Shown in pieces: positions 18,991-32,419 of a stretch of DNA of 64,000 bases. The notes beneath the pieces are model-generated. The model worked only from the letters and a program-made list of their open reading frames with translations, was not told the origin of the DNA and ran no database searches. Position numbers and translations under genes: made by a program. Within the stretch, counting starts at the first letter, position 1. Every line of letters starts with the position of its first letter. The DNA comes from Eledone cirrhosa. Taxonomy: Eukaryota. The stretch covers positions 317,626,001 through 317,690,000 of the forward strand of contig OZ024743.1 in assembly GCA_964016885.1 (NCBI GenBank), in the 5' to 3' direction.

Positions 18991-20467
18991 TTAATCAATT
19001 ATCCATTCTTTTACAGAATAACAATACAGGTAATTTGATCTGTTCCACCTTCCATTTCAGAGACGTCAGCAAAACACTTTATTTAACATTGCTTCAGTCC
19101 ACTCAGCTGGAAAAGATGAGTTGTATCTTATATAGGCCTCTTCATCATAAGAAAGTGTCATCTAGCTCTTGTTGGACATGTAATGAAACACAGTGAAGCT
19201 GTTGCAAGAATTCTGTTATAGTCGGCCATACCTGACTCACAAGAAAATCATTGAAGAAGATGCTGGACTACATGGAAGTGTCTCAATGAATGCGATGCAA
19301 GACCACAATACATGGAGGAACCTCATAGTGCCTCATAGATGACACTATAATCTGTAATTCAAAGGGTCAGCAATTTGAATATTTAAGGGGACCATTTGAA
19401 AATGATGTTAATGAGAACAAACCTCAGGTTTTACTTTATTACTTTTACACCAAGGCAACTTTGGTGCACATTACTGTCCGGAACTTGTTTCACCTCCTCC
19501 ATATGTTATTGTACATTTGGCACCACTTATACACCAATTTGTTTACACTTTGCAGTTGATCATTGCTGTTTTCATGTCAAAGAAGGACATAATTTTTAGA
19601 TGTTGAAGTGGATCATGGAGCACAAAGGGTTGGGAACCACTGGTCTAGACTCTTTACAGTTGAGGAAATTATTGATGATATTTACTCTATGGATGAAAGT
19701 AAGAAAGAATTTCAACGAGTTTACCCTTAAGCTGACAGCAAAGGTGATTTGCACAATGAAACTTGTGAAAGAGGTAAGGAAAGTAGTGATTCAGGTGAAT
19801 AAATTTGGTGTGGCCCTTGTACAGCTGATACTGATAGGGGTGGTGGAGATTATGTAAATCTAGATGATAGATGAAAGGTGGGTAGACACATTTATTGCAT
19901 CTTGTGTTGATTCTGTCCATTAGTTTGTCTGCAAATATTACTCTTGACCTGCATATACAATTTTTGGGGGGCTCGGGAGCCCAGGTGGGGGGTAAAATTA
20001 GACACGGGCCCAGGTCTGAGAGGGTTAACAGGTTCCTAAGATTCTATAAATTGAATCTACCAATTTTAATGGACTCCTTTCAATTAAAACCTTCCAACAT
20101 AATCATATATAAGAACTATATGTTAATTTACTCTTTTAGTAATGAGAAAATAATTTTAGTTGATCCCTCAATTCTTCACTAATTGAAATATTGTGTATTT
20201 CATTAGAAATACAGTCATGAAAAGGTTGATAAAGAGTCATTTTACAAAATATAAGTCCTTGAATATTTTTTTTATTTATGAAAAAGTATAGGCAATGTGC
20301 ATACATGGTCTCATAACTCCTGATGGAGTTGTAGGGGTGTCATAGTGGCATACATCATTTCTAGGGCATCCTAAACCTGGTGGAGCCTATCCCTTTCCAG
20401 GTATAGGCAATATATATATATATCCATGGAATTATAACAAGAGAGTTAAAACAATGATAATGATCAC

Positions 20468-20473
20468 TTTATT
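20468..20473 (-). promoter_or_regulatory. Candidate polyadenylation signal (AATAAA) of the ZnF-UBP gene
   Basis: tttatt on the + strand, ~265 nt downstream of the stop codon. Confidence 0.35.
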
Positions 20474-20736
20474 AAAAAGCTGACATATATGTAGTAAGGA
20501 AGACTGTCCATTGATTTAACTTGAACATAAACACATCTAGACCAATCCAATGTTAACCACAAACACAAGCAAATGCAATAACAACTGATTCCACAGAAGG
20601 AGCTTTATGTTTGAGACAATACAATTATAAAATGAAATAGAAAATATATCAGTGAAGTATTGAAAGGTATCAAATAGTAGTAGTAGCTTCAGTTTGAAAA
20701 CACTGTTTCTCTTGATCTGTTTTATCCTAATGATGG

Positions 20737-20787
20737 TTATTCTCCAAATTTATGTTTACATGCTGAATTTTTGGCAGCTTGGGTTAT
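20737..20787 (-). CDS. ZnF-UBP gene terminal exon ([16 protein letters not shown])
   Basis: Acceptor tgtttcttgtag; the KN..A..KFG end resembles the HDAC6 C-terminus; TAA stop. Confidence 0.9.
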   Translation of the reverse strand: MTQAAKNSACKHKFGE

Positions 20788-21394
20788 CTACAAGAAACAA
20801 TGAAAATAAAATAAAATAACCAATCAAGAATATATTGTCAAATTCATTGATGTGTTGTTTTATAGCTCATGCCTATGAAGGTTAACCCTATAGCATTTAA
20901 ACTGGCTGTATCCAGCCAGAACTCTCTCTCACCTCTTTCTGTTCAAACCGGCCATAACTAGCCACTCATACTGATATTAAGGTATTGTTCTCAAAATAAA
21001 TAATATCAAAATCTCATAGATTCGATATTATATAAAATAAAGTGTTTACCACAAAAATACAATAGTATATATAGAGTAAAGTAAATACTAAAGGGTTAAG
21101 TTGGCCTCCTACAAGGATGCATTTCATTGCAGGTTTCTCTGCTGTTTTAATGATGGAGGTTTAGCTGGCCTCTTATGAGCTTGCATTTCATAGGATGTGG
21201 GGGGTTTTTTTTGGTTGTTTTAATGATAGAGATTCCACTCTAGGCTGTGCAAAACAGGGCAAACACAACTCAATACATGGTAGAATGTTGTGTAATATAT
21301 TTTATTATAACTGCTAAGCTACCCTAATAGCTCTTGTCCCTTGACTCACAGCTTTGCAGCTATAATAAAACATATTATTGTGTGTGTGTGTGTG

Positions 21395-21433
<39 letters not shown>

Positions 21434-24400
21434 ATGGCTGCCTCCTCGTTATCGAGTATGGCCATTGCACGATATAACATTATTAATAATTATCAATTAA
21501 TGCTATGGTGCAATGCCTGTGCGTGAGGATTTTTTTTTTAAAGTGATAAAAGACTGTGCACTGAGCCAATCCCACTCTCTGAGCGACAGTAGCTATAACC
21601 CGAAAAGAAGAAAAGATCAACATCATCGGTAACTACTGAGTCGCAGGTTTTATGTCAGTGTGGACTGGGAGCCTTTTTACCATGTCTCCTACACAACCAC
21701 TTTACAGTGTGGACTGCGTGCTTTTTTGTCGTGACACCTACATGACCTCTTTAGTTTAGACTGGATGTTCTGTGGTACCAACATAACTTTACAGAGAAAG
21801 GGTGGTGTTGGTGGGAGTGGGAGGATGGAGCAGAGGTAGTGGGTTGGGTGTATATTTGGTTAAGAGGTGCCTACTGACTGTAGGTTTAACTTTGCACGTA
21901 GGGAAAGCAGGTCTTCTGTATTACTGCGTAGCGCCAAAAGTCTCGATCCAGTGACATTGTCTTAGAGAGGTGTAAGTGTGCAAGGTCGGATTTTATCATG
22001 TCATCCCGAGTTTTTCTGGATCTACCTACTCCGTAACTTCCATCAATTTTGATCGCTCTGCACTTTTTTATACAGCTGTCGTCTTTCATGCGAATCACAT
22101 GACCATATCAACGTAATCTTCTCTCAAGTAAACAGCATCTGATCCCTCTTCTTCCTGATTTTTCACTTAGTTCATTTATGCTTTGCCGTTCACGTATATT
22201 ACTATTATACATCTAACGGAGCATGCATGCTTCGTTCTTTTCCAGTCTGCGCAGGTCCTCTGCACGCAATGCCCATGTCTCACTGCCATGTAATGTTGCT
22301 GTTCGTATACAAGGATCATACAAACTGCCTTTCATTTTTAGAGAGAAACCTTTTGTGGCCAACAGCGGTATAAGCTCTCTGAACTTTTTCCATTCTGTTC
22401 TAACTCTGGCTACTGTACTTTCAGAGCACCCTCCACCACAACTGATTTTGTCACCCAGGTAACAGAAAGTGTCCACTATTTCTATGGAATCATCTGGGCA
22501 GTAGAAAGAGCTAGTATCTTGTGGGCACTTGCTACTTATTGCACCTGAGCATCAGCCACATATAAAATCTACATTCTTAGATAGCTTGCCTGTGATGCCA
22601 CTACATCTTTTATGTACCCATAGTTTGCATTTGGGACATAAAATGGAATTTATACCTACTCCTTTCCTATACACTGAGCATGGCCATTTCCCAGAGGGCA
22701 ACTGTGCCCTATTTTCCTTTCTACATACTAGAACTTTAGTCTTAGAAAAGTTAACTTTAAGGCCTTTTGATTCTAGGCCATGCTTTCATGTTTGGAATTT
22801 CTTCTCTAGTTCAGCTATAGATTCAGCTATGAGAGTTAGATCATCTGCATATAGAAGTTCCCATGGGCAGCCGGTCTTAAACTCTTGTTTTTGCCTGTAG
22901 GGCAATAATAAACAAGAGGGGGCTAAGGACGGAGCCTTGATGAACACCTACTTTTACGCTAAATTCTTCACTATATTTATTATTAATTCTAACCTTGCTG
23001 ACTGTTTCTCTATACATGGCTTGTATAGCTCTCACAAGCCATTCATCTATTAGTTTTCTAAGGGCCCACCAGATAATGGAGTGGGGGGATTCTGTGAAAG
23101 GCTTTCTGAGGGGCCTACTTTTAGCTAGGTACTTCTGTAGTTGTCGTACAAGGAAAAGAGCATCTGTGGTACTTTTACCTGGCACAAACCCAAACTGCAT
23201 TTCATCTAGATCAATTTGGTCTCTAATTAGTTGTGCAATAACTCTTTCTGTGACCTTCATGACCTGGTTAACTACTTAATGCTTCTATAGTTTTCTCTAT
23301 CTAGAGCGTCGCCTTTGTAGCAGTTAACGATGCTGCTGCTACACCAATCATTTGGTATAACTCCATTCTGTATTACTTGGTTTACTATCCGGGTGACCAT
23401 AGTATGTCCCACCATTCCAGATGCTTTCAACATCTCAGCAACTATCTCCAAAGGCCCAGCTGCCTTGCCTGTCTTCATATCTTTGATTGCCTTACTTATT
23501 ATACTACCATTAACTTGCACAGCTGGTCCCTCTATTGGATCAATTTGGGGCAGACTATCTTTTTCCCATTTATTCTCCTCATTTAGTAGTCTCTCGTAGT
23601 GACACTTCCAAGCTACCTTCTTATCAATATCAGTGAAGGCAAGTACACCATCATCATTACGGACTCACTTCTCCCCGACAATATCACAGTTTTCCTTGAC
23701 TCATTGTCTTGCAATCCTGAACACCTCACGTTTTTGGTTTTCGCGTTGTACAACATGCTTGAACTTTCTATCCTCTGCTTCTCTTTTTGTGAAGTACACT
23801 TGTCGCCTAGCCACCTGATAGTGTTCTCTACTTCCTTCATCTGCCATTCTTTCTAAGCCTGCTTTTTGGCCTTGATTGTCTCCTCCACCTTACTGTTCCA
23901 CCACCAAGTTACTCTCCTCCTGCCTAAAGGTCTGCTCCAGCCAAAGATTTTATCTGACACCTTCAGCATGTTAACTTTCAGGAATTCCCACTGTTCTTCT
24001 ATATTGTGTGTCTCTAATTGCTCTTCCTTACTGTAAAAAGTATCAAGTAATATGCTCTTAAATTTGTTACTGGCTGGGGTCCTTCAACTTCCATATTCTT
24101 TTCCTCACGTCGAGTACGTTTAGTCTTGACTATGAGGTCCTGTCGGGAGGTGCATTCTTCATGAGGGAGGGACTTAGTGTTTACAACAGACACTCTGTCA
24201 CATCTTCTAGTAAGGATAAAATCTATCTGGCTAGTGTATATGTATATATATGCATATAATTACATGCCTTCTGATGACGGCCCAATTACATTCAAGAATC
24301 AATTAAAAGTGTCTATCATGTTTTCAATTTACAGGGAAATTCGTATTTTCTGGTGTTTACATACTACATATTAAATATGTGTATATTTATATACACATTG

Positions 24401-27400
24401 GTGCAGTCTTAGTTACACTCTCTATGTATACAGATATAACTTTATATATATCATCATCATTTCATTTTACGTCCGCTTTTCCCTGCTTGCAAGGGTGGGA
24501 CGGGAACTGATTCTGGCTTGATTTCTACAGCTGGATGCCCTTCCTAACACCAACCCCATTTACAGTGAGTGCTGGGTGCTTTTTTGCCGTGGCACCTCCA
24601 CGACCACTTTGCAGTGGAATGATAGGGACCCCAGTCCCTATCATCTCATTTCTACAGCTGAATAAACTGGAGCAATGTGAAATAAAGTGTCTTGCTCAAG
24701 GAAACAACACATCACAAATATATTATAATATAATGGGGTTGTTAGTAGATAATCAAGAACAATAGAATGAAAATTAATGAAAGTTGGTAGAATGAGATGA
24801 TAAAAGGCATCCCAGACGTGACCAACTTGTTTCTACATATCTCTCTCTCTCTCTCTCTATGGAACAACAGACATAAACTGATGATGATGAAGACTGATAG
24901 GGTTACACAGCGACAATCTTTAAGGTTTTAAATAGTTTAAAAGACGGCGACATTCTCTTACCTCATGATCTACATAACTGTTACAAATATAACACCATAC
25001 AGAGATATCTGCATAGCTTAGCACCATACAATGGTCAGGCTCAACTTTGTTGTGCATCAACATATGTCCGTTTATATATCGACTGCAGTACACCTGTAAA
25101 AGACAAACAAAAAATAACAGTAAATATATATATTATAAAGTGGTTGGTGATAGGAAGGGCATCCAGCTGTAGAAAACTCGATGAAGAGGACTCTTTAGTT
25201 GTGTCAAAAATGACAATTTCCCTGGTGCCATGATTGCACACTGTTTCTCATTCTGTAAAGTATGGGGGCATATGTAAACAAGATGAGTCCTCAGCCCATC
25301 TGGGAGACCAGTGGCTTTGATTAAGTACTGAATTGATCTGTGAAGACCTGGAATATTAAATAATGATGATATAAATATATATCCACACACGTATACAATG
25401 CTCTTATAAGGGTACTGAGGTAGCTGTGATATGATCACAGCTTAAAATACAGTGGGGCTATTAGTATGTTCATTATAAATAAATATATAAGGTGGTGAAT
25501 TGGCAGTATCAGTAAAGAGTCAGACAAGATGCTCTGTGGCATACAGTTATAGCCCTTTACATTCTGAGTTCAAATCCTTATGGTGTTAATAAAATAAAGT
25601 ACCAGTAACACTGGGATCAATTTAATCAACTTTCTCCTCCCTCCAAATTGTTGGCCTTCTGCCTAAATCAGAAACCATTATAGTTGGACAAAATGACAAA
25701 AAGAGATTGATAAAATAAGTACTGGAGTTAGTATGATAAACAAAATCCTTTCAAGACGAAGCCCCTAATATGGTTAAAGTCTAATGACTGAAACCAGTAA
25801 AAAAATAAATATAAAGAATTTGGGAAGCCATGAAAGATTATGAGGATCATAGAAAACGTAGGAAACTCAAACACAAAAATAACTTTAAATACAGTTGGTT
25901 GCTATAGATAGCTTAAAAGACCTCTTATAGATGGAAAAGTGGCCAGTGGTTGCTATGAAGAATCAAACTCCACATCTCTCAGATAATGGTTGAGTGCTTT
26001 AATCATTAAGCTGTGGGACCACTAATAACAACCACAATCTAAATTGGGAAGCTTAATCAAACACCCTGTAAATAAAAACAAACAATATTGTATATACATA
26101 CCTTATAGCAAGTAAGACAAACCCAATTCTCATTTATGTCTCCACATGTTTTACATGGGGCTGATGTATCAAGACCTCCTTCTGGCAGAACATGTGTCAC
26201 GATTTCAAGATGTGGACACCAACTTAAAGGTTTAATACAGTACAGAGATTCTTGCTGAAATGAGAAAGATATGTAAAGTTTTTTGCATGATTTTTTTATA
26301 ACAGATCATATATTGAAACAAATATTGTACTTTGGCAGAGTCATGCTGCCACTTAAAATACATGTATCAATCGAGTTTCACTTAAGTTTTATTATTGATC
26401 AGGTAAGAACAGTGGATTGGAAGAATTAGTAGAGCATCGGACAAATGCTTATCAGTATTTGTTTCTTTTTTTTATGTTCTGAGTTCAAATCCTGCTGAAG
26501 TCAACTTTGCCTTTCATCCTTCTAAGGTTGATTAAATAAAGTATCAGTCAAGTACAGGAGTAGATTTAATTGTCCATCCCCTCCCTACAAATTGCTGGCC
26601 TTGTGCCTGAATTAGAATCATTATTTATTAAAATTAATTAATCAATTAATTGGTTAATCAACTAAGTAATTAATTATCAAAGTCATTTCATCACAACCTG
26701 TGACCTTATTGATAACTCTTGCCTTCTGTGTTTTCTATTTGTCTTTCTGTCTCTCACTTGTACATATGAAAGTAGGAGGGAAATGTAACCCTGTGTTTGT
26801 GTGTGACACGACAAAAAGCACCCAATCCACCCTGTAAGGTGGTCGTGCTGGGGACATGACAACAAAAAAATACCCAGCCCACTCTGCAGATGGTTGTGCT
26901 GGTATCACAATGAAAAAGCACACAGTTCACCCTGTTAGATGGTCGTTTTGGTGCCACAATAAAAGCACCCAGTTCACACTGTAATGGGCTTAGTGTTAGG
27001 AACGCCATCCAGCTGTAGGAACCAAGTCAGAAACAGTTGAATATGAGTAAAAACATGGTCACCTGACCTGACTTGTTGCATGTAACAACCCATCTCATCC
27101 ATGCAAGCATGGAAAAATGGACATTAAACAGTTGATGATGATATACGAGTTGATTAACAGATGATGATGATATACGAGGTGTGTCAGAAAAGTTTCAGGA
27201 CTGATGACACAAAAGATTTATTTCAAACCCAAACTTCACACTAAGAATTTTCTCCTTCAAAGTAATCCCCCTGGAGTATGTAACTGTAATCTTAGCTCTC
27301 TGCAGCGATCAAACTTTTTTCTTCATAATTTTATATACATGTCCTCTGTTTCAGGTCATCAAGCAATGAGCACAGAGCAACGAACACACTTGAAGTTTCT

Positions 27401-30400
27401 GGTACGGTTGGGGAAAACTCCGTCAGAAGCACTGGGATTGCTGCAGCAAGTGTATGGAGAGTTTAAAGAAGGACGCGAGGACGTGGAAGATGACCCCAGG
27501 AGCGGAAGGCCCTCAACAACCAGGACTGAGGTCAATGTTGAGCGCGTCAGGCAGATGGTGCGTAGCGATCGTCGTCTGACTGTTCGACTGATGGCAAATG
27601 AGCTGGGCATGAATCAGGACAGCGTCTGGAAGATTCTCACTGAAGATTTAGACATGCGAAGATGGTGCCAAAACTGCTGAACGATGACCTGCTAGGGACA
27701 GTCATCACCGGTGATGAGTCATGGATCTTCGAGTATGACCCAGAGGGGACCCGTTTTGCAGACGTGGATGACATCAAAAAGGCCATGATGATGGAACTGC
27801 GGAGGATCCCAGAAGGAGTGCATTGCAAGCGTGGCAGAAAAGGATGGAAAAGTGCATTAGACTCCAGGGGGATTACTTTGAAGGAGAAAACTCTTAGTGT
27901 GAAGTTTGGGTTTGAAATAAATCTTTTGTGACATCAGTCCTGGAACTTTCTGACACACCTCGTATACAAACATACATTTATATATACTTTCAAAAATCGC
28001 AATCTAGCCAACTCCACTTCTTTATCTACCTACATACACTCTCTGAAAACTAGGAATAGACCATATACACTTCAATGGGAAGTAATAGATAGGGCCACCT
28101 CGTATAAACCACAGAATAGATTATGTAACCTCTGTCTTCTAGAGACTCACACTATAATCTATTCTAAGCTAAACCTTTTAAATAGAAAATCAGAAATTTT
28201 TTCCACGTGGCAACACTACCACCGACACTCTTTCCACAATTTCAAACCTAGCTGCTAATATATAACAATGTCAGATCTGGATTCCTCACCACCGTTAACA
28301 CTTTACCTCTAGGTTTTATCAGATCACATTCTTCTATCAGCTCATCCCTCCACTTATCTCCAGTTTATCTCAGATCTTATACTCAACAATAACTATTGGG
28401 AATAAACAAAGTTACCACCACTTAATATAACTACAATATCTTCCTTACCAATATTTCATTCATTTAATTAGTATATGGGTAGGTAGTGATAAATTGTGAC
28501 CTTTAAATTAAATATAAAAATATAAAAATAAATAGCATTATATAAAAGGATTTACTTATAATATAATATATTGTATATTAACACATAGAATTTAACTAAT
28601 TGGAGTCATAAACAATTAATACCAGATTATACATTTTTCTCTTATACACAAATTAATCAGCAATTACCTCCCCTTAGTGTAGATCTAGATCTCTTCCTGA
28701 AATTAAACCGTTAGACAGATCACTCCAGAACAACTCTAACCTTTCATAAGATTTTAATCGGACCAATACACAATCCATAGTTGTAGCTACTCATAAACAT
28801 TTCCTAAAATATAACCAATGTAATGGAAAGGAAAACCTTGGTATTAACACTCACAACACATATACATTTGAACATTACCGGAACAATTTTCACATTGCAT
28901 CCACCATAAACTATCATAGAAACTGCTTTTCATACCCACGCATTGCTGTCTGCTTGATATGCTTTTACACCTGTATTGTATTATGTGATACCTTTGCCAT
29001 ACTGTGATATTTATGCTTAGTACCATTGCTCGTTTTTTCACCTTGTTTCTCTGTACATGCATAATGCCTCTGCACTCTTTCTATATGTTTGCCTATGTAC
29101 TGTTAAAGTCCTCATTTTGCGAGTAACTTTCTTTAATTCTTCTATAATCTTTGTCGCATCCGCTGATACTAACCACATCACCTTCACTCTTTAAATATGT
29201 GTCTACGATTGTTCTGTGGAATAGGAGGTTAATTATATGTCTAAACTTTGCTAATGCTCCGATGATCTCAAACGAAAGTTTGGAAGAAACGATTGTCAGC
29301 AATAAAATGTTTTGAACATAGTTTTGATTATTCTGTAATTTACATATATATATATATACATATTAATACATAGTATTGGTAATACATTAAAAAAGCTGAC
29401 AGTTTTATAGAAAATATTGGTAAAAACTGATGATAAGCTATAAGATGCATGATTTACTAATACCATGTATTAAATTATATATTTTCTTCTATGTTTACAT
29501 ACCAAGGTGTCATTTTTTTGTAATATTTCAGGGCAAATATTCTCTTTTCAAATGTAAAATCAAAATAGGTTAAAACAAAACAAAAGAAAACAAACCAAAA
29601 CAAAACGATCAATGTGTTCTTCCCTAACTGGCCCAAGTGTCTAAAATATGCATGGAGCAGTTATAGTAGGCTATTATCATCAACAAGAAAAAACCACAAA
29701 TAAATGATTAGAAATGTATGAAGCCGAGTGGCACCTATAACTGCTACACCTGGGCTGAATTGAGAGCTGATCTCTAATTGATACACTTCACAGAGATGAC
29801 AAAGGAGTACAGTAGGTGGAGGGAGGTTGTGTTGCAGAGGACTCATTCACCTCATCCAACCATGCAAAGATGGATGTATGATGATGATAATGTTGGTTAT
29901 TCAGTGTGACAAGACTGACCCTTTACATTACAAGTACAACTCATTTTTCCCGGCTAAGTAGATTGGAGCAATGTGAAATAAATTGTCTTGCTGAAGGGCA
30001 CAATGCACCACTAGGAATTGAACTCTTGACCCGACAATCATGCGTCAAACACCCTAATCACTAAGGTGTGTGCCTTCATGAAAACTAAATACACGTCAGT
30101 TGAAACTGGTTATTGATCAACAGCTGGTGTTTGTATAAATAAAAGAATATATAAATCAATACCTTAAAAGGCAATATAATTTAAGATATACAGATATACG
30201 TCACCCTAAATCATTAATTGGTTCTAGAAGTCAAGACCTAAGTTGAAAAACAATGTATGTCAAATTACCCCCTCTATAAGCCACTAGTAGGCATTCCCCA
30301 GTGCTGTACTTTAATGTACATTTACCATTTATTCAAATGTGATTTTATGTTTTTTTTATGGTTTAATATTTTTGGTAGATTGATGTAAAGTTGAGTCAAT

Positions 30401-31303
30401 CGACATAACATGAGGTATAATTTTGCCATATAATTGTTTCTACTTTTGGCACAAGGCGAGCAATTACCCCAGTGCATTACTGGTACTTTATTTTATCGAC
30501 CCCGTAAGGATGAAAGGCAAAGTTAACCTCGGCAGGATTTGAACTCAGAACGCAAAGGGCCATAACTCTATACTGCAAAGTATGGTGTCTGGTGCTCTAC
30601 CAATACTGCTAATCCACCACCCTTCTACCAATATTGCCATGACATATAATATTAATAAAAACTGCTGTAACTTTGAAATAAATGATGTACATGAAACTAT
30701 ATAATAGCAAAGTTCACATTTTTTCCCAAACAAATTTTCGTTTTGATTCTATATTTTCATGTGAAATATTTATGCAATTAAGTGATAGATTTTATGGGCA
30801 AAACCAGTCAGCAGGAGTAGACCCTGAGCAAGATGGTTGTATGACATCCCTGAGCTCGACTGGTCTCAATTGGGGATCCAGCCTGATCAATTGGAGATGG
30901 TTGCTTCTGACAGGAGCCACTGGAAGGAATGTTTGAAGACTCTGCCCCCATGACTCTCTCAGAAATAAGTGGGTGAAGAAGAGAAGTAATAGAGATATAT
31001 CTGTTGGATTTTGACAGCTATGGAGTCTGTGTGTGTGTAGTTTGAAGCTATCTATATTGTCTATATTTGTTTGGGAAAAAATGTGAACTTTATTGTGTAA
31101 TTTCATGTACCTTGTTTATTTTGATAGATATAAATTACTAATTAGATACATATATGATTGGTATTTAGATAAATAAAACAAATGGTTTACTTCCAATTAA
31201 ATTTACAATAATAACTTTATAGTCATACCATTTCAACAAGTTGTTGTAAATATTCACCCCGTTTATCATATGATTTTTCTCCACTGGCACCAGCTTCACA
31301 CAT
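20737..31303 (-). CDS. HDAC6-like: Spliced gene encoding an HDAC6-type ZnF-UBP (BUZ) domain protein, ~136 aa; join(complement 31229-31303, 26102-26254, 24962-25093, 20737-20787)
   Basis: Manual translation with GT-AG introns, all phase 0: [25 protein letters not shown]|[51 protein letters not shown]|[44 protein letters not shown]|[16 protein letters not shown]. Matches the HDAC6 C-terminal domain motifs PLxWCPH, ENWVCLxCY, YCxRYINGHM, LSYxDxSxWCY and the terminal KFG. Confidence 0.9.
20886..21095 (-). mobile_element. piggyBac-like MITE, inverted second copy
   Basis: TTAA|ccctatagcatttaaa ... tactaaaggg|TTAA; reverse complement similar to 18773-18990. Confidence 0.75.
21660..24235 (-). mobile_element. 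Degenerate RTE subfamily B copy in the last intron of the ZnF-UBP gene
   Basis: Frameshifted RT ORFs 21886-23840. Confidence 0.93.
24450..24714 (-). mobile_element. SINE family A copy
   Basis: Same sequence as 7440-7714. Confidence 0.85.
24962..25093 (-). CDS. ZnF-UBP gene exon ([11 protein letters not shown]...[12 protein letters not shown])
   Basis: Acceptor gtcttttacag, donor GAG|gtaaga; 132 nt; RY and WCY ubiquitin-binding motifs. Confidence 0.95.
26102..26254 (-). CDS. ZnF-UBP gene exon ([15 protein letters not shown]...[10 protein letters not shown])
   Basis: Acceptor tttctcatttcag, donor AAG|gtatgt; 153 nt; HDAC6 BUZ motifs. Confidence 0.95.
26790..27142 (+). repeat. Array of ~45-bp units plus RTE-type tail
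   Basis: About four units of ...aaaaagcaccca..cac.ctgtaa.gtgg, then ttaggaacgccatccagc and a GAT tail. Confidence 0.75.
27175..27962 (+). mobile_element. Internally deleted mariner element with ~100-bp TIRs and TA TSD
   Basis: TA|cgaggtgtgtcagaaa...; transposase remnants [46 protein letters not shown]. Confidence 0.92.
27965..28258 (+). mobile_element. Penelope-like element, C-terminal GIY-YIG endonuclease remnant
   Basis: Open frame [21 protein letters not shown]...[25 protein letters not shown]...[10 protein letters not shown], typical of PLE endonuclease C-termini. Confidence 0.75.
30687..31110. mobile_element. MITE-like element with ~45-bp TIRs enclosing an RTE 3' fragment (30790-30985)
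   Basis: gtacatgaaa...aaagttcacattttttcccaaacaaat vs atttgtttgggaaaaaatgtgaacttt...tttcatgtac. Confidence 0.6.
31229..31303 (-). CDS. ZnF-UBP gene, first coding exon ([25 protein letters not shown])
   Basis: Acceptor ttgttaatctctag|ATG, donor ATG|gtatga; 75 nt, open, and joins the next exon in phase 0. Confidence 0.7.
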
Positions 31304-31496
31304 CTAGAGATTAACAAATAAAAACAGCTCATCATCATCATTACCATCATCACCACCACGACGACAACAACCACCACCACCCTCACCATTTAACATATGC
31401 TACCATAATGAAAGAAACTGCCTTTTGTTTTCAAATAATTTTGAAAATAAACCAGAATTTAGAGAAATATAGTAAAATAACTAACATTCTTATTAT

Positions 31497-32040
31497 TGAG
31501 AGAGAGACTGAGCATAAGAGGAATCAAATGCTGTGTGCAGGAGAGGCGGTTGCGTTGGTATGGACATGTGATGCGTATGAAAGATGACAGCTGCATAAAA
31601 AGGTGCAGAGCACTAGAAGTCGATGGAAACCGTGGAGTGGGGAGACCCAAGAAGACCTGGGATGAGGTGATAAAAGCCGACCTTACCTCTGGCGTCACAC
31701 AGTAATACAGAGTACCCGACCTCCCATGGGTACAAACTGAAGCATATAGATAATATGCCCCCATACCCTCCCACTGCAAAGTGGTCGTGGAGGTTCCACG
31801 GCAAAAAAGCACCCAGCCCACACTGTAAAGTGGACATGTAGGCACCACGGTAAAAAAGCACCCAGCACTCACTGTAAATAAGGTTGGTGTTAGGAAGGGC
31901 ATGCAGCTGTAGAAATCAAGCGAGAATCAGTTCCTGTATGAGCAAGGCATGGTCAGCCGACCAGACACTGCCCACAACAGGACAACCCATCTAACCCATG
32001 CTAGCATGGAAGAGCAGACGTAAAACGGTGATGATGATGA
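31497..32040 (+). mobile_element. RTE subfamily A 3' fragment with full tail
   Basis: Near-identical to 62105-62689. Confidence 0.9.
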
Positions 32041-32419
32041 TATCATAATCCTCATCATCATCGCTTTAACACCATCTTTGCTAGCTAGAGTGGTATGGTA
32101 GCAAACGTCAGATAAAATTCCCTGCAGTATTTGTTTCAGCTGTGTGCCAAATTCAAATCCTGCTAATGTCAACTTTGTCTTACATCCTTTTATGGTCAAT
32201 AAATACAATACCAGTCATGCACTGAGGGTTGACTCTTATTCTTTCTTTTCCACTTTCTCTCTGGAAGAAATTGTCTCTGTCGGATGTTGTTACCTCTACA
32301 ACTCCATCATGAGTTCAGGGCCACTGGATGAATGTAATTTGTATTTCAGATAGACATCCATGTGGCAGCTCAACTTGCTAGAAATAGCAACTAAATTTCT
32401 TTTTAAAGAATGCTTTACC

